A DNA stretch of 64,000 bases from Epiperipatus broadwayi. Its lineage: Eukaryota; Animalia; Onychophora. Below the pieces are notes generated by a model. That model was not told the origin of the DNA and searched no databases. It saw nothing but the letters and a program-made list of their open reading frames with translations. Numbering within the stretch: the stretch's first letter is position 1; each line of letters opens with the position of its first letter. Made by a program: the position numbers and the translations under genes. This document shows, one piece after another, positions 23,874 through 36,689 of the stretch. The stretch spans positions 16,430,001 to 16,494,000 of the forward strand of contig JAQFVV010000005.1 in assembly GCA_028023455.1 (NCBI GenBank), in the 5' to 3' direction.

Positions 23874-23914
23874 GGCTATGATTAAGAGGTATAGATCCTC
23901 AAAAACATTAAGCC
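23874..23914 (+). ncRNA. Decayed type-I hammerhead in the PLE 3' UTR
   Basis: GGCT-[A]TGAT[T]A-A-GAGG/TATAGAT/CCTC-[A]AA-AAC[A]TT-A-AGCC: stems I and II intact, three core substitutions, ancestral palindrome AACGTT inferred. Confidence 0.6.
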
Positions 23915-24156
23915 TATCTGTATTTATTAATTAAATTACATCTTCTCCATTAAACTTTATTTATAAGTGTGTGTTTGTTTACATAATTAATTATCTAATA
24001 GATATATCACATAGCTATATCTTATATGAATGACAGCATTTAACCCTCTATAGTCTCATTATTTAACTAAGAGTTAAAATAATATATAATAATCAAATTC
24101 TGAATTGTAAACTTATATTATTATAGTTGACAATTGGCTATAACATAACATCTTAG

Positions 24157-24223
24157 TCAAGCATTGGTGGTCAAGAGAGCAGGTTCGCTTCTCGGCTGAT
24201 GCTATGACACATGAGAAAAAAAT
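24157..24223 (+). mobile_element. tRNA-derived SINE with internal deletion
   Basis: gtcaagcattggtggtcaagagagcaggttcgcttctcggctgatgctatgacac plus A tail; 11-bp TSD ataacatctta. Confidence 0.75.
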
Positions 24224-24241
24224 ATAACATCTTATATCTTA

Positions 24242-24520
24242 ACAAAATCACACTTTTCTTTATTTTTGCCATAATATCCTATAAATACAATTTATCCAAA
24301 CCGCTTCAAACACTTTTTAGCAAAATTCTTTATTTGTACATATATATACACCTATGTTTCGACTGACCTGCACTCTTCTTCAGAGCAAGTTTATTTTGAT
24401 CTTCTAAAAAAAAAAAACTTGCTCTGAAGAAGACTCCAGGTCAGTCAAAATGTAGGTGTATATATAAGTACAAATAAAGAATTTTGATAAAAAGTGTTTG
24501 AAGCGGTTTGGATAACTTGT
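24242..24520 (+). mobile_element. Palindromic insertion with two back-to-back hammerhead-like motifs (same family as 8888-9095)
   Basis: 13-bp TSD atcttatatctta (24229-24241, 24521-24533); long inverted arms; CTGAAGA at 24424 (+) and 24377-24383 (-), the latter with an intact GAAAC. Confidence 0.8.
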
Positions 24521-24859
24521 ATCTTATATCTTAGTTAAATAATGAGCTAATGGAAAGTGTTAAATGTTCCCATTGATAAAAATGTCAAATAATATAGATA
24601 ATAAAAATATTTATATACTCTTTATACAAAAAGATACTTTATGTATTTCCATTTCAATTGATAGTTCAACAGCTTTTCTCAAAACTCTTTATTATTTTAA
24701 AAACTGTCACATGTTGTATATATCATAATCTTACTTAAAAACAATTACTACCATCACATAACACTGCATACCATATTATATGTTTCTAGCATTAAAATAT
24801 TATTTCTGTTAAGCACTTGTAATTGCATGAAGAATCAATAAATATCAAATAATAATATC

Positions 24860-26300
24860 AAAATTGATCCCAAAGCTTATTCTAGTTCTTGACCTTCCTC
24901 AATAGAGAGCTCAGTTTTGCATTGCCACATCAATGCTAGTGACTGCATAAGTAAAATAAGGTAAACTTAATTACAGCTGTAAAGTTCTCAAATACGAACT
25001 ACAACAGTCATGTGACACTTTATATTGGCATATTTAATAAAAAACATGTAATATGCAAATCATGTTCTGCATATAATTATGTATAATTTTCCAATATAGT
25101 ATATTCAAGTCAGTGCTCGTTTTATTTGATTTGACATCAGATACTCATGATAAAACAATAAAAGTATTAGAAGATATTAATCCCACTTGATTATACTTTC
25201 ACTAACAAGAGTTGATATTATATAAGATAATGTTTCTATTTTATTAAATCCCATTCATCATTTATTATAACATGTATTTCTGCTTGCAATGTGACAATTG
25301 ATTATCTACTTTTTTCAAGATCGAATCATAGCACAGTCATTTCAACTTTAGGACACGACTTTAGAACCAGAACTCATATATATATATTAAAAAGAAAAGA
25401 TCTCTCTAGCTGCCATATAAATAATATTAGAATCTCATAGAAATCACTTCATTTACACTCCAAAAACTTTTATGAAGAAATCTAAACAAGGCTAACTATG
25501 AGAATAAAATTTAATTCATTGAAGATTTAAATAATGCCGTAATGAAACTGATTCAACTTAATATTCTTAAGGTATCCAATTATAATATGGCAATGGTTAC
25601 ATCTATAATGAAAAAAATTCCATTCTAGCAGTTACTGGTATTTAAACTTATCTTCAATAAAAGTTGTTATATTGCATACAAAATGGGGCATATGTTGTCT
25701 GATGAAAAATTAAACACGAAAATAGCAGTTTGGGGAGGGGGGGTCTTAATTCTCAAAAATATTAACACAATGTTTCACACTGTAAATATTCTGATATCTT
25801 GCATTTTCAAACTAATTTATAAGACATTGTGTAATAGCCAAATCCTGAATTGTGAATTAAAACAATATAAATGGAACTGTTCAAGAGTATCTCTTTCATC
25901 AGCTGTGCCAAGTCCCAATTAGGATTTTCACTCGGTCTTGGAAATTTTAATTTTTTTTCCCAGTTTTAATCAAGCTTGGAATTTTTCTTTCAGATACTTA
26001 GACTTAACACATAGTCAAACTAGCTGAACATCCAATATTAGTGATAAATGGATATTTAGGTATTTTTACAAGATGGTCCAGTAAATGCTAAAAAATTATG
26101 CAAAGTTTCATCTGCCAGAAATGAATAATTCTGATCAGCACTGCCTTTATTATTTACCCTAAAAGTGATCAATTTAAAGATTGTTTTATTCATTTCATTA
26201 TATTAGCAATATTGAATGATCTCTCACATATTTCTGATTATTTTTATTCTATTTTAAAGTCATCTAAAGCAAGCTTGAATAATCAGTACAGCTATAAAAT
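24860..26300 (+). pseudogene. Very old CR1/L2-like LINE remnant
   Basis: Scattered RT-like motif remnants in broken frames; no long ORF. Confidence 0.3.
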
Positions 26301-27551
26301 CTCAAAGCTGAAATTATTGCATTTATGCATCTGACTGACATCTTTTACTCTTTTATACTAGGTCAGTTTTCTTTATCAGTGAAATTAAGATTCAAAACTA
26401 AAGTTAATGCCCTGTGGCAGCCATCTTTTACTCTTTTACACTATTGAAGCTAATAAATCTGAATGTAAAAAAAAAGAACTCTAAGTTTCAAACCCTTTTT
26501 AATTCACTTACATAGCTATATAGATCTGATACCAAATCAGTTTTTACATATTTTTGAGACCTTAGCTCTATAATAACCATAAGCCCTTTGTACCCTTTGA
26601 CCAGGAATAATACCGATAACATCACATTATTCATATGTTTTTGAGAGCAATTATCTTTACTTACTCTAGAGCCATCTACTGTAAGTTTAGAACTATCAAT
26701 GGACAGGAGGTGTTCTAATACTCCTATTCTCAGGCTGATAAAGGTTCTTAAGATATAACCTTTTTTAAATATTAAAACGAGCAATGATAGAATAAAATGA
26801 AAATTAAGGTTCAAAAAACTATACATATCTGTACAAGAAATTTTGCATATAATTACAGATAATAAAAAAATAATAAAAATTGAATTCTTACCTGATATAA
26901 ATGAGATTGCCGCCTAGATCCCGTCTACTAAAAAAAATGTGGGCCGCAATCTCTTACTGAAATTTACAATCCCATAATTGTCCTAATAAAAGGGAAAAAA
27001 ACATTGAATTAAAATTAAAATAATGGTACCTCTTGTTAAAGGTAAAATGCTTTTTCTACATACATAAATGTGTGACCAAGAATATTGAATTTTATTTTAC
27101 TAACTGTCAAAAAAAAAGAATAGAGAAAAAGATAAAAATAACTATATGGATATAACTGACAGAAATACCCCCTCCCCCCAAAAAAACACTTTATAACTAC
27201 TAATCGCTACTTCTATGTTAAGCAAATAGTTGGATCTTGGAGCACAGAAGTGATAGATTGAACTATGAATTTGAAATTATAAGCTTTTAAATTTGTTGTT
27301 TTACTACTGTAACAATTGCACAGGGCTATATTATTTTCTCTGATTATGCAACTTTGATTTAAAATGATTAGATTTAATTACAGTAGAGTATGCTAAAATC
27401 ACCATTTTATCATCAGTTCATTCAAGCATATTTTGAAATATATGTATCTAGGAGTAATCCGATCTTTGCCAATAATCAATATCAAAGTAATCATTCAATA
27501 TAATATTTAAATAGGAAAACATATAAAAATATTACAAAATTGTTTTACATG

Positions 27552-28340
27552 TGCTGTGTCCCCATCTCTGGCTGAGCGACCAGAAAACATGAATATACAT
27601 TAGGTAAACAGACCATCAATTCAAAACATTGCACACTTTTATTAATACTAAACAATTTAACAAAATATCACAATAATTATGAAATCAACATGAATAAATA
27701 AATAATCCTGCCTTCACCAATATAAGAATAAGTTTCTGTATCAACGGATTGTGATTCAGATCCAAAAGTCTACAGTTATATACTAAATAAGTTCACTATA
27801 TCTTTCCCTGATTTTGAGCTCATACCCTCAAAGAGCCCTTAGGGCATTTATAAAATATATCGATTGGTGCAATCTGTTTCTGTTCTAATCAGCTGGATTA
27901 CCTCCAGGCACTGAGATCCTGGAATCACAGTCTACCTATGATTTTCTGTGGTGACGTGTACTGGGAAAAAGCAGCCCACCCAGCAGTAACACAGAGAACA
28001 CCCTATGCTGAGATGTCCAAAACACAATGCAGCAAAGACCGCACAAGGGGAAAAAAGAGTGGGCATGAGTTTTCTGCATAATCTTTCGTGTTCCACTCAT
28101 TCATAGTCATGTTCATGTCTTTTCTTTTCTAGAGTATAATTTTTTACATGTATTTTTTGGGTGTGAAATCTAGATTTAATTTGATCAATCACTTCTATTC
28201 AATTAATCTATTTAGTACAAAGCACATCTTTTATTTATTTAATTTATTAAACACAATAGTTACTCTAATTTGTTATCAGCTTTCAATATTCCAATTTAGC
28301 TCTATATTGTAATGGTCACTCTATCTTCTTTTGATCACAG
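27552..28340 (-). repeat. 3' LTR of the Mag-like element
   Basis: About 85% similar by eye to 33011-33790. Confidence 0.8.
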
Positions 28341-29379
28341 AGAGTGCCACCAGGTCACTGTGTACCTGGAAAATTTGTTTACCATAATCAAAAGTTAATG
28401 ATGATGATGATGATAAGCACTGACCAGACCCAGGGAGAGAAAGAGCTTGATAACATTGTTCAGACAATTGAAAAATAAAAGCAGGACAAACATTAGAAAG
28501 TATAATTTAAGAAAGTTCACAGTTTATTAAAATTAATATAAAAAATGTTCAAGTACAGATATATATATATAAAATAAACGTAGTTTTATTAAATTCTATT
28601 AAGGCAGGTATAAACAAAATAAAATGTCGAAGGCTCCAGCAGACAGGCTAATTTTCTAATAGAGATTTAAAAGGTAGGGAAGAATTTCCTTCAGCTGAAG
28701 GTTTACCTAAGCAACTCTTGTTTCCTTATTCAAAAAGTTTTAAAACAAATACCAAATGAAAGATTCTTGCATGAATCAATGAAAGCAGTGCAGGCGGGTG
28801 ATCACTAGATTATTGACTAGTGATGTCATAATGTCCACAGAACTATTGCATGGCCAACCACATTGAAGATTCCCATGGCTGATTGCAATGCAAGAAGAAT
28901 AAACATGGTTAGAGAATATGATGGAGTATGAAATTTTAGCATAGTGGAAAATAAAATCTCCGATTCAACGACTATAGAAATATTAGGAAATACTCCAACG
29001 TAGGTAATTTAAAATTGAGAAAAAATTAGATCTCTGATTTAAGGAAAACACATAATCAATCAGTGAAGACCCAGCCAAATGAATGGCCATAAACTTAATT
29101 TGCTATAATTAATTTAAATCGTCTCAAAAGGAAACAATTAAGAAATTCAGAAAATTATATATGTCTACCCAAGTGCTGATTAAGAAAATAAACTAACAAT
29201 GATAAATCTAAATAGTTTTAAGAAATAAATCCTTGATATTTATCCAGACTGATAATAGAAAACAATTTAAAATTACAAATATATAGCATTACTCAAAAAT
29301 AATACAGCACACATCAATAATAAAAATACATATAACAATTATAAGAAAATTTAAATTACACATTTACAATTGGATGGAG

Positions 29380-30720
29380 CAGAGACTTAGATTAGATTTA
29401 GCCCTGGCAAGAATATAAAAGAAATTACCTTGGTCCTGGAAAGTTCCATGAGTACTCACATTTGGATGCAGGTAGTATTGAATGAAGTCTTCAAATGATT
29501 TGTTCTTTAAATGGTGGTGAGTGTGGAGGCAGGCAGAAGAATCAATCTTAGTTTAGGCTTTCATGGCATAAATGGAAGAGAACAGCTAGGAGATCAGGAT
29601 CTGTCTTAGAGTTGGTTTATCAGGGCATCATTGAGATTTGGTAACCAATGGCATAAAATTTGGACATCTGAAAAATCAACATAACTACTCCTATGTAAAT
29701 TACATTTGAGAGTCTCATTGGCATGTACATGAATAAGCATCTATAACCACCAGTAGTATTTTCCCATTTATTGAACCAGCATGGTCTATGTGGAGCTTTT
29801 ACCAGGCTCCATTGCTATTGTCCAAGAATTATACTCTTTAGCCCCATATTCATTTCTGTTTAACATGCCAAACATTTTTTAATATTTTGCTCAATATCTA
29901 TGGTTATTTTTGGCCACCAGACATAGCTGCAAACCAATGCTTTGGTTTGCACAACTCCCCGGTGGCCTTCATGCAGTAACTTCAAAACTTGGTGTCTGCC
30001 TTCTATAGGTATCATGACCTGACCACCCATCAAAATACACCATTTACAAATGGATAATTTATTTTGATTTACCCAAAAACTTGGGTCAATGAAATGAAAC
30101 CTTAGAACTGGTCATCTGTTTCTAATTCATCACATCAATATCTGATAGCCTTAATCGGAATTTTTCCATTTGGCTACTCTTTCACTATTTAATATCTTTG
30201 ATTTTAGGACATCTATATAGTTTATTTCAGCCTCTATATTTATTTGTTCCTGTTATCTGGTATTCTTGACAAAGCATCAGCATGTGCAATTTCTTTTCCC
30301 CTTAATTTATATTCTAAGTTATAATCTTATGCTGACCTTATATTCCTCTAATGCATCATGCAAGGGCTTAAATCTTCAGGTACTAGACAATCATGACCCA
30401 AAATTCCAAGTAGTAGCTTGTTGTCAGTAACTATGTTAAAATTCCTTCCAAACAGCAACTGATGAAATTTTTTAAGGCCAAACATAATCGCTAATGCTTC
30501 TTTGTCAAGTTGGCTGTATTTTTTTTTATGCTTTCAAGAGAGTTCTTGATGCATAAGTGATGGGGTGTTCACCTTTATGATATGGATGAGCCAGAACCAC
30601 CCCCACTCCTCACTCTGATGCATCAGTAGTTAAACATATTTCTAAGCTATTATTATAGTGCACCAAAAGTTTTTCCAAAAACAATAAAGCCTAAGTTCGC
30701 CAGAATGCTTCTTCATGTAT
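29380..30720 (-). pseudogene. Gypsy RNase H and integrase remnants
   Basis: DAS, FASRTL-like and SQLDKEALAIMFGLKKFHQ segments; VWWPK and C-x-x-C of the integrase zinc finger; many stops. Confidence 0.7.
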
Positions 30721-31084
30721 TTTTGACCATTGCCACTTTTGATTCTTTTTTAGTAGTTCATATAGTAGTTTGGCCACATGAGCTTTATTTATAAAAAAAG
30801 ACTCAAAAAAATGTGTAAGTCCTAAATAAGCCTTCAACTGCTTGATATTGGTAGGTGTTGTCACATTTTTATTGCTTTTACTTTCTCTGGGGATAGTTTC
30901 TTCCCCTTGTCTGAAATTAAATGGTCTTGAAACATTAATTCCCTTGCCATCCTTACTCTCTTTTGGGTGTTCAATTTAACCCCAAATTTGTAAAATTTTT
31001 CGTACACCATAAAAAGTCTTTTGCATAACATTTATTCTGAAGTTGCAGTGATGAGTATATCATCATAATAGAATATGGCTCCTT

Positions 31085-31345
31085 CTAACCCTTGTAACAA
31101 GCCATTAATCTTTGCTTGGAAAATATTGGGACTGTGGAAATGGCAAAAGGTAAATGGTTGCACTTAAACAAACCCATCGCAGTCACTAATGCTAAAGTCT
31201 TTGCTGATTTTTTCATTACCTGAATCTGGTGAAATGCAGAATTTAGGATTAACTTTGCAAAATAAGAATAATTTTGCAGTCTGGCCAGTACTTTCCTTAT
31301 GTTTGGGATGAGGTATGCTCCCCTGTTTAAAAATTTATTTACCAT
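31085..31345 (-). pseudogene. Gypsy reverse transcriptase fragment
   Basis: YLIPNIRKVLARLQNYSYFAKLILNSAFHQI...GLFKCNHLPFAISTVP matches YPxPxI...KLDLxxAYxQI...GLFxYxRLPFG. Confidence 0.85.
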
Positions 31346-31695
31346 TATATGGTAATCACCTCATAACCTGATTTCTCCATTAGGCTTGATTATTACAATG
31401 AAAGGTGTGGCCCAATCAGATGTGTCAATGGGTGTTGATACTCCTTTATCAATCAATGCCTTTAGCTTACTTAGCCTTGACTTTAATTCTTTGTGCAAAT
31501 GGAATTTTCCATGATTTACAAACAACTCATCATACATTTTTCAATAAATCTATTTTAACCAGTTTGGTGGCTATTAACCATAGTTCTTCATTAAAAAGAT
31601 TTGGATATTTACTAACTATTTCTTGTTCCAGGGAGATTTTCTTTATTATATTAATTTGTATCCCAATTTCATGGAACTAGTCCCTCCCAATAATG

Positions 31696-31878
31696 GGACC
31701 AATTTTTCCTTTTACAAAATATAAAAGTATATTCCCTTTTTTACTGTTGTATTTAAGGACCAATTTTTCCTTTTACAATATATAAAAGTATATTCCCTTT
31801 TTTACTGTTGTATTTAAGGACCAATTTTTCCTTTTACAATATATAAAAATAGATTCCCTTTTTTACTCTTGTATTTAA
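31696..31878 (+). repeat. Tandem repeat, 3 x 61 bp
   Basis: ggaccaatttttccttttaca...tgtatttaa units start at 31696, 31757 and 31818; units 1 and 2 differ at one base. Confidence 0.95.
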
Positions 31879-32294
31879 CTATCACTTTAACCTGACCTAA
31901 TATTTTGAGTGCATGACCATTTATATCTTTTGCTCTAACATTTGTTTTTTTCTAAAACCATCTCTGCATTAGTTGATGACAAAAATTTCCAATTTGTCAG
32001 TGACATTATGGAAATTGCAAGTCCACTATCCATTTCCATTTCGATTTACTTCCCACAAATAATTAGTTTAATCATAAACTGGTGTATACTTTTTATGTGC
32101 AGATTTTTAGTCATGTGGGTTGCCACCAGCTTGCCTCCCCTATTGTGAGGCATAAGTACTGTATTTTTATTTTTCCCTTTTCTTCTTGTCGACATACCCA
32201 TGTCAAATGCCATTTTTTGTCACATTTGAAACATGATTCTTTGTTCCATTTGCCTCTTTTGAGATGTATCCTGTTTTTTCACAATAAAAACAGG

Positions 32295-32780
32295 TTATTT
32301 CAGCATTATTACTACTATTTTCCTTTCTCTGGCTGTAGTTCTGCTCGTTGTTTTGACTTCCATTTTTGAGTTCCCATCTGATTTTGATTTAAAAGCCTGA
32401 GCTTCCTCCAATATTAGCTCATAAGCCATACACTTTTTAATGGTTATTTCATAAGTGATCTTTGGTTCTACTAACAGTTGCTGTTTGAGCCTATCATCAG
32501 ACATGCCCCATACCAACTGATCCATTAGAATTTCTTCAACAATTTCACCATAGCCACAATCCTTAGCTAATTCTCTCAAAGCCAGGTTGTACTCTTTTAT
32601 TTTTTCAATCCTTGATTGCTTACTGTTGTGCAGAGTCAACCTCACTATGTGACATGAGGGATGGGGGTTAAAATGATCATTTAATTTCTTGATCACCTCC
32701 TCAAACTTAACCTTCTTGGGTAAAGGCACTTTAAAATTTTTATTAATAACTTCAATTACCCTTTTACCTGCAAAACACAT
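32295..32780 (-). pseudogene. Mag-like gag fragment
   Basis: KFEEVIKKLNDHFNP...EKIKEYNLALRELAKDCGYG...LMDQLVWGM...QQLLVEPKIT is the typical Mag-clade gag pattern. Confidence 0.85.
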
Positions 32781-33010
32781 AAGTGCTGCAATTTTCCTTT
32801 TATTATCATCAATCTCATTCTAGATAAAAAAGTTTCAATCTGGGTTATATAGAACACCCATTTTGACATGTTACTGTTCTCAAATTTATATATAACATTC
32901 TGAGCTAATGAATTCATAATAACTAATTACTGACACACCAACTAATGCAAAAGGAAAAAAAATTCTAGGACCATTTACAAGGTTTAATCCTGTTAATTGT
33001 GCCACTTATT

Positions 33011-33790
33011 TGCTGTGGCCCCAGCTCTGGCTGAGCAACCAGCAAACATGAATATACATTAGGTAAACAGACCATCAATTTAAAACATTGCACACTTTTA
33101 TTAATACTAAACAATTTAACAAAATAACACAATAATTATGAAATCAATATGAATAATCAATCCTGCCTTCATAAATACAAGAATAAATTCCTGTATCAAT
33201 GGATTATGATTCAGATCCAAAAGTCTACAGTTATATACTAAATAAGTTCACTACATCTTTCCCTAATCTTGAGCTCATACTATTGAAGAGCCCCTTAGGA
33301 CATTTATAAAATACATAAGATTGATGCAATGTGTTTCTATTCTAATTGGCTGGATTACCTCCAGGTGCTGAGATCTAGGGATCGCAGTCCACCAATGATA
33401 GCTTTGCTGTGGTGACATATATTGGGGGAAAGCAGTCTGCCCAGAATCAACATGGAGAACACACTATGCAGAAATATCCAAAATACAACTGTAGCAAAGA
33501 TTGTACAAGGGAAAAAGAGCAAGTGCAAGTTTTCTGCATGCTCTTTTATATTCCACTCGTTCATAGTCATGTTTGCATCTCTTCTTTTCTGGAATATCAT
33601 TTTTTACACATATTTTTAGGTTTGAAATCCGGATTTAATTTTATCAATTACTTCTATTCAATTAATCTATTTTAGTACAAAGAACATCATTTTATTTAAT
33701 TTTATTAAACACAATAGTTACTCTAATTTGTTATCAGCTCTCAATATTACAATTTAGCTCTCTCTATATATATCTTACTCTATTTTTTGT
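33011..33790 (-). repeat. 5' LTR of the Mag-like element
   Basis: Direct repeat of 27552-28340; the PBS-like motif is adjacent on the internal side. Confidence 0.8.
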
Positions 33791-34717
33791 TCACTAAATA
33801 AAATTTACTCTCTCTCTCTCTCTTTATATATATATCAACATGAAATTCATAAATCATTTGTCTTCAATAAAAGCATAAAAAATATTAAACCAATCAGAAA
33901 TGTAAACAATTTTCCCTCAGTGAAAATAAAAAAAAACTTTCCTTAATACAAAATTAGAAAAGAATCTCATGGCAGTAATCTTTTGCATTCATTGCAGCAT
34001 CTCTATTTATCTCAGTATCGGGATTTTATTGCTAAAAATTGTTTGCTCTGATATTTGTTCATTATAATATACTTGACTATAAATTATTAATAACACCTTG
34101 GTTAATTTAAATCCCACATTTCTTTGCAATTGCTTATATATACATCTCTTTATAATCTTAGACAAATAAAGAAGGAAGGGACAACTTTTTGTAACTGTGT
34201 TTGACTTTTAGAAATTTTTGTATGGTTTTCCAGTTAGCATTTGCACGCATGTTTTCTACATATGTTAAACTAGAGATATGTGATTTCAAGATAAGTAAAA
34301 TGAGTACTTGTTTGCGTTGCCTAAACAGTTTAAATTTAGACTGATTTAAATGATTAAAAACATCTCAGTTAATTTAAATTTCCCACTTATATGTATGTAA
34401 TTATTTAAATATACACAACTATAATCTTAAACAAGATTAAAAATCTTTTAAAAATCTTGTAATGACATCTTTTCTGATATGGTGTTGAGCACTTACACCA
34501 GGCAATGGATGTATGATTGGGTGTGCATTGATATATGGTTTATAAGTCTTTGCATTGTTCCCAGTTATTATTAATATAGAGGTTATATAAAAAATAATCT
34601 TATATAGCATATAATATAATATTTACATGCTTATACATATACACATCATTATGTGATTATTCAATATAGAAACTAAATCATCTAATTGTGACAACATAAA
34701 TATTTTCAAACTTTAAT

Positions 34718-35340
34718 TGCCAGGCTTCGATCTACTCCATCATCCAATTCTTCAGCCTTCCACACCATTGAAAATTTGATGATGGAAATGCCCAAATCCC
34801 TTGATTATGCCAATATTATTGCATGCCCATGTTGACACTAAGTCATTTTAAGCCCTTATGTATAGGACCTTGTCCATTAAAATACACAGAAAAGAGTGGA
34901 TAGACAGAATATAGCATATCTGCATTTAAATAATACTAATCCAACCTGTATCCTGTCCATCCCTCTTCTGTGTATTTAACTGGACAATATCCCATACATG
35001 AAAAACCAGAATGACTTAAGATCAACATGGGTATGAAAATAATATTGGCATCATCAAGAGATTTGGGTGTTCCAGTATCAGATTATCTTTAGTGTGAATT
35101 GAAGTGATGCATGGTAGAGTAGATTGGAGTAATATAAACTGAACACTGATTATATGTGTGGGAGATGATCTGGAATAATGAATGTTCAGCATGAAATATG
35201 TATATTGAAGAATATTTATCTTTTTCACATGTGCATGGTCATGTGTATCAGTTGTATGAGATAGAATGGATAGCTGGAGCTTGAATGTCTAGATTCAAAT
35301 CCCCTATAATTACATCTAAACTCCAGGGATATAAAGTGTA
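34718..35340 (+). mobile_element. Third member of the 475-nt hammerhead family, preceded by an inverted 195-bp arm
   Basis: 34945-35340 aligns with 12460-12880; decayed core with gcatgaaatatgtatattg at 35189-35207; 34720-34915 is the reverse complement of 34945-35130. Confidence 0.7.
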
Positions 35341-36654
35341 TATATATATTGTGCCGGTCAAAATCGTGTATTCATTCAACAAGACCAATAATCCAAGCAA
35401 AAGTACCTTGAATCCAACCTTGCACAAGATACATATGTCAGGTACAAGGATAAATCCTAACCTATTTGCCTAAACTATTGCCTCTCTGACTAATGGATAA
35501 CGTTTGTGATGACACTAGCAGTGCTTGGTTTTATTCCGTCCCAGCTGGAGGTCATGGTTCACATAGAGACTCAAAATAATAATGGGTTTATATGAAAAAT
35601 CAATGATTTAATGGATTCTGACGATTGCAGAATGGTACAGATATGATTTGATCGATTACTAATGGTTTGAACCATAATAATGATAATTCTTTATGGCAAC
35701 ATTACAAAGAATTGAATTTAGATCAAAGAAATATTTAAATAAATAGAGTAATTAACCTTAGAGATTGGGAGTGATGACAAACTAAGCTTATTTAAATGAC
35801 AATATTATAGGAATTTATTAAAAAATTTAATACAAAATAAGTTAAGTCTTTGTTTATACAACTTGGTGATTTTATTTAATTTGTTTTGATGCGGCTTTGA
35901 CAAACAATGTAAAAGTTTGTTAATTGGTCGGCCAAAAACCAATCAGCAATAAAATGTTATTAGCCCTCTTTGAACGATTACAAATCTATTTTATATATAT
36001 TACAAGATATGAAAAATATGCATTTAAAATACTATTACATTTAAAATCATTTGTATATAATGAGTGTGGGAAGCAAAATAGTTCTTAAATAAATAATTGA
36101 CAATTATACAGTCAGATTTAATTAATTACGAAATTTGTTTGTGAAGGATGTGCCATCATGGCAGAGAGCATTTCAGGTTTGCTAAATAAAGATATAAAAT
36201 GATGAAGAAGGCAATATGTTATTATAGATTACAACAAAAATAAATGAGGTCTGTTATGGACCTCTGGGTGGCTTTGCTAAAGAAGTTCCTGATATGTACA
36301 GGAGATAAGAGAAATGTTAGCCCTCCAGCCAAAGCATGTCTCTAAATAATCATAATAATATTTTGATGTGCATACACATCTTAATGGCAATGCTCAAAAA
36401 GATCCCTTGGTATGAACTATATCTACTTTGAGGGAGTGTAAAAGGTTGGACTGGTGAGATTCCGAAGGTCCTAAGAGGTTGGTAGCAAAGCAAGAATAGC
36501 AATAATAAAGAAATAGTTATAACTATAAATACACAATGCCTTAGACGTATATAGATAGATAGTGTATCATTAACAAAATAAGAAATCCTGATTAAAATCA
36601 TTGGCTCCCTGATATAATGTAAAGTCCCAGAAACGTTAGGTCATTAAAGAATGA

Positions 36655-36657
<3 letters not shown>

Positions 36658-36686
<29 letters not shown>
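36658..36686. repeat. (TA)n microsatellite
   Basis: About 14 perfect TA units. Confidence 0.95.

Positions 36687-36689
<3 letters not shown>

Larger units (their letters stand above)
27552..33790 (-). mobile_element. Old degraded Ty3/Gypsy (Mag-like) LTR retrotransposon
   Basis: Diverged direct repeats of about 780 bp (27552-28340, 33011-33790) flank gag, protease (MEMDSGLAIS), RT, RNase H (TDAS...; YSQLDKEALAI) and integrase remnants in Gypsy order. tRNA-Ser-like PBS tggcacaattaacaggat lies just inside the LTR at about 33000. TSD not resolvable; outer limits approximate. Confidence 0.85.

Noticed and set aside
33355-33675. Overlapping ORFs near 33.4-33.7 kb
   Set aside because: They lie inside the Mag-like LTR and are not preserved in the other LTR copy.
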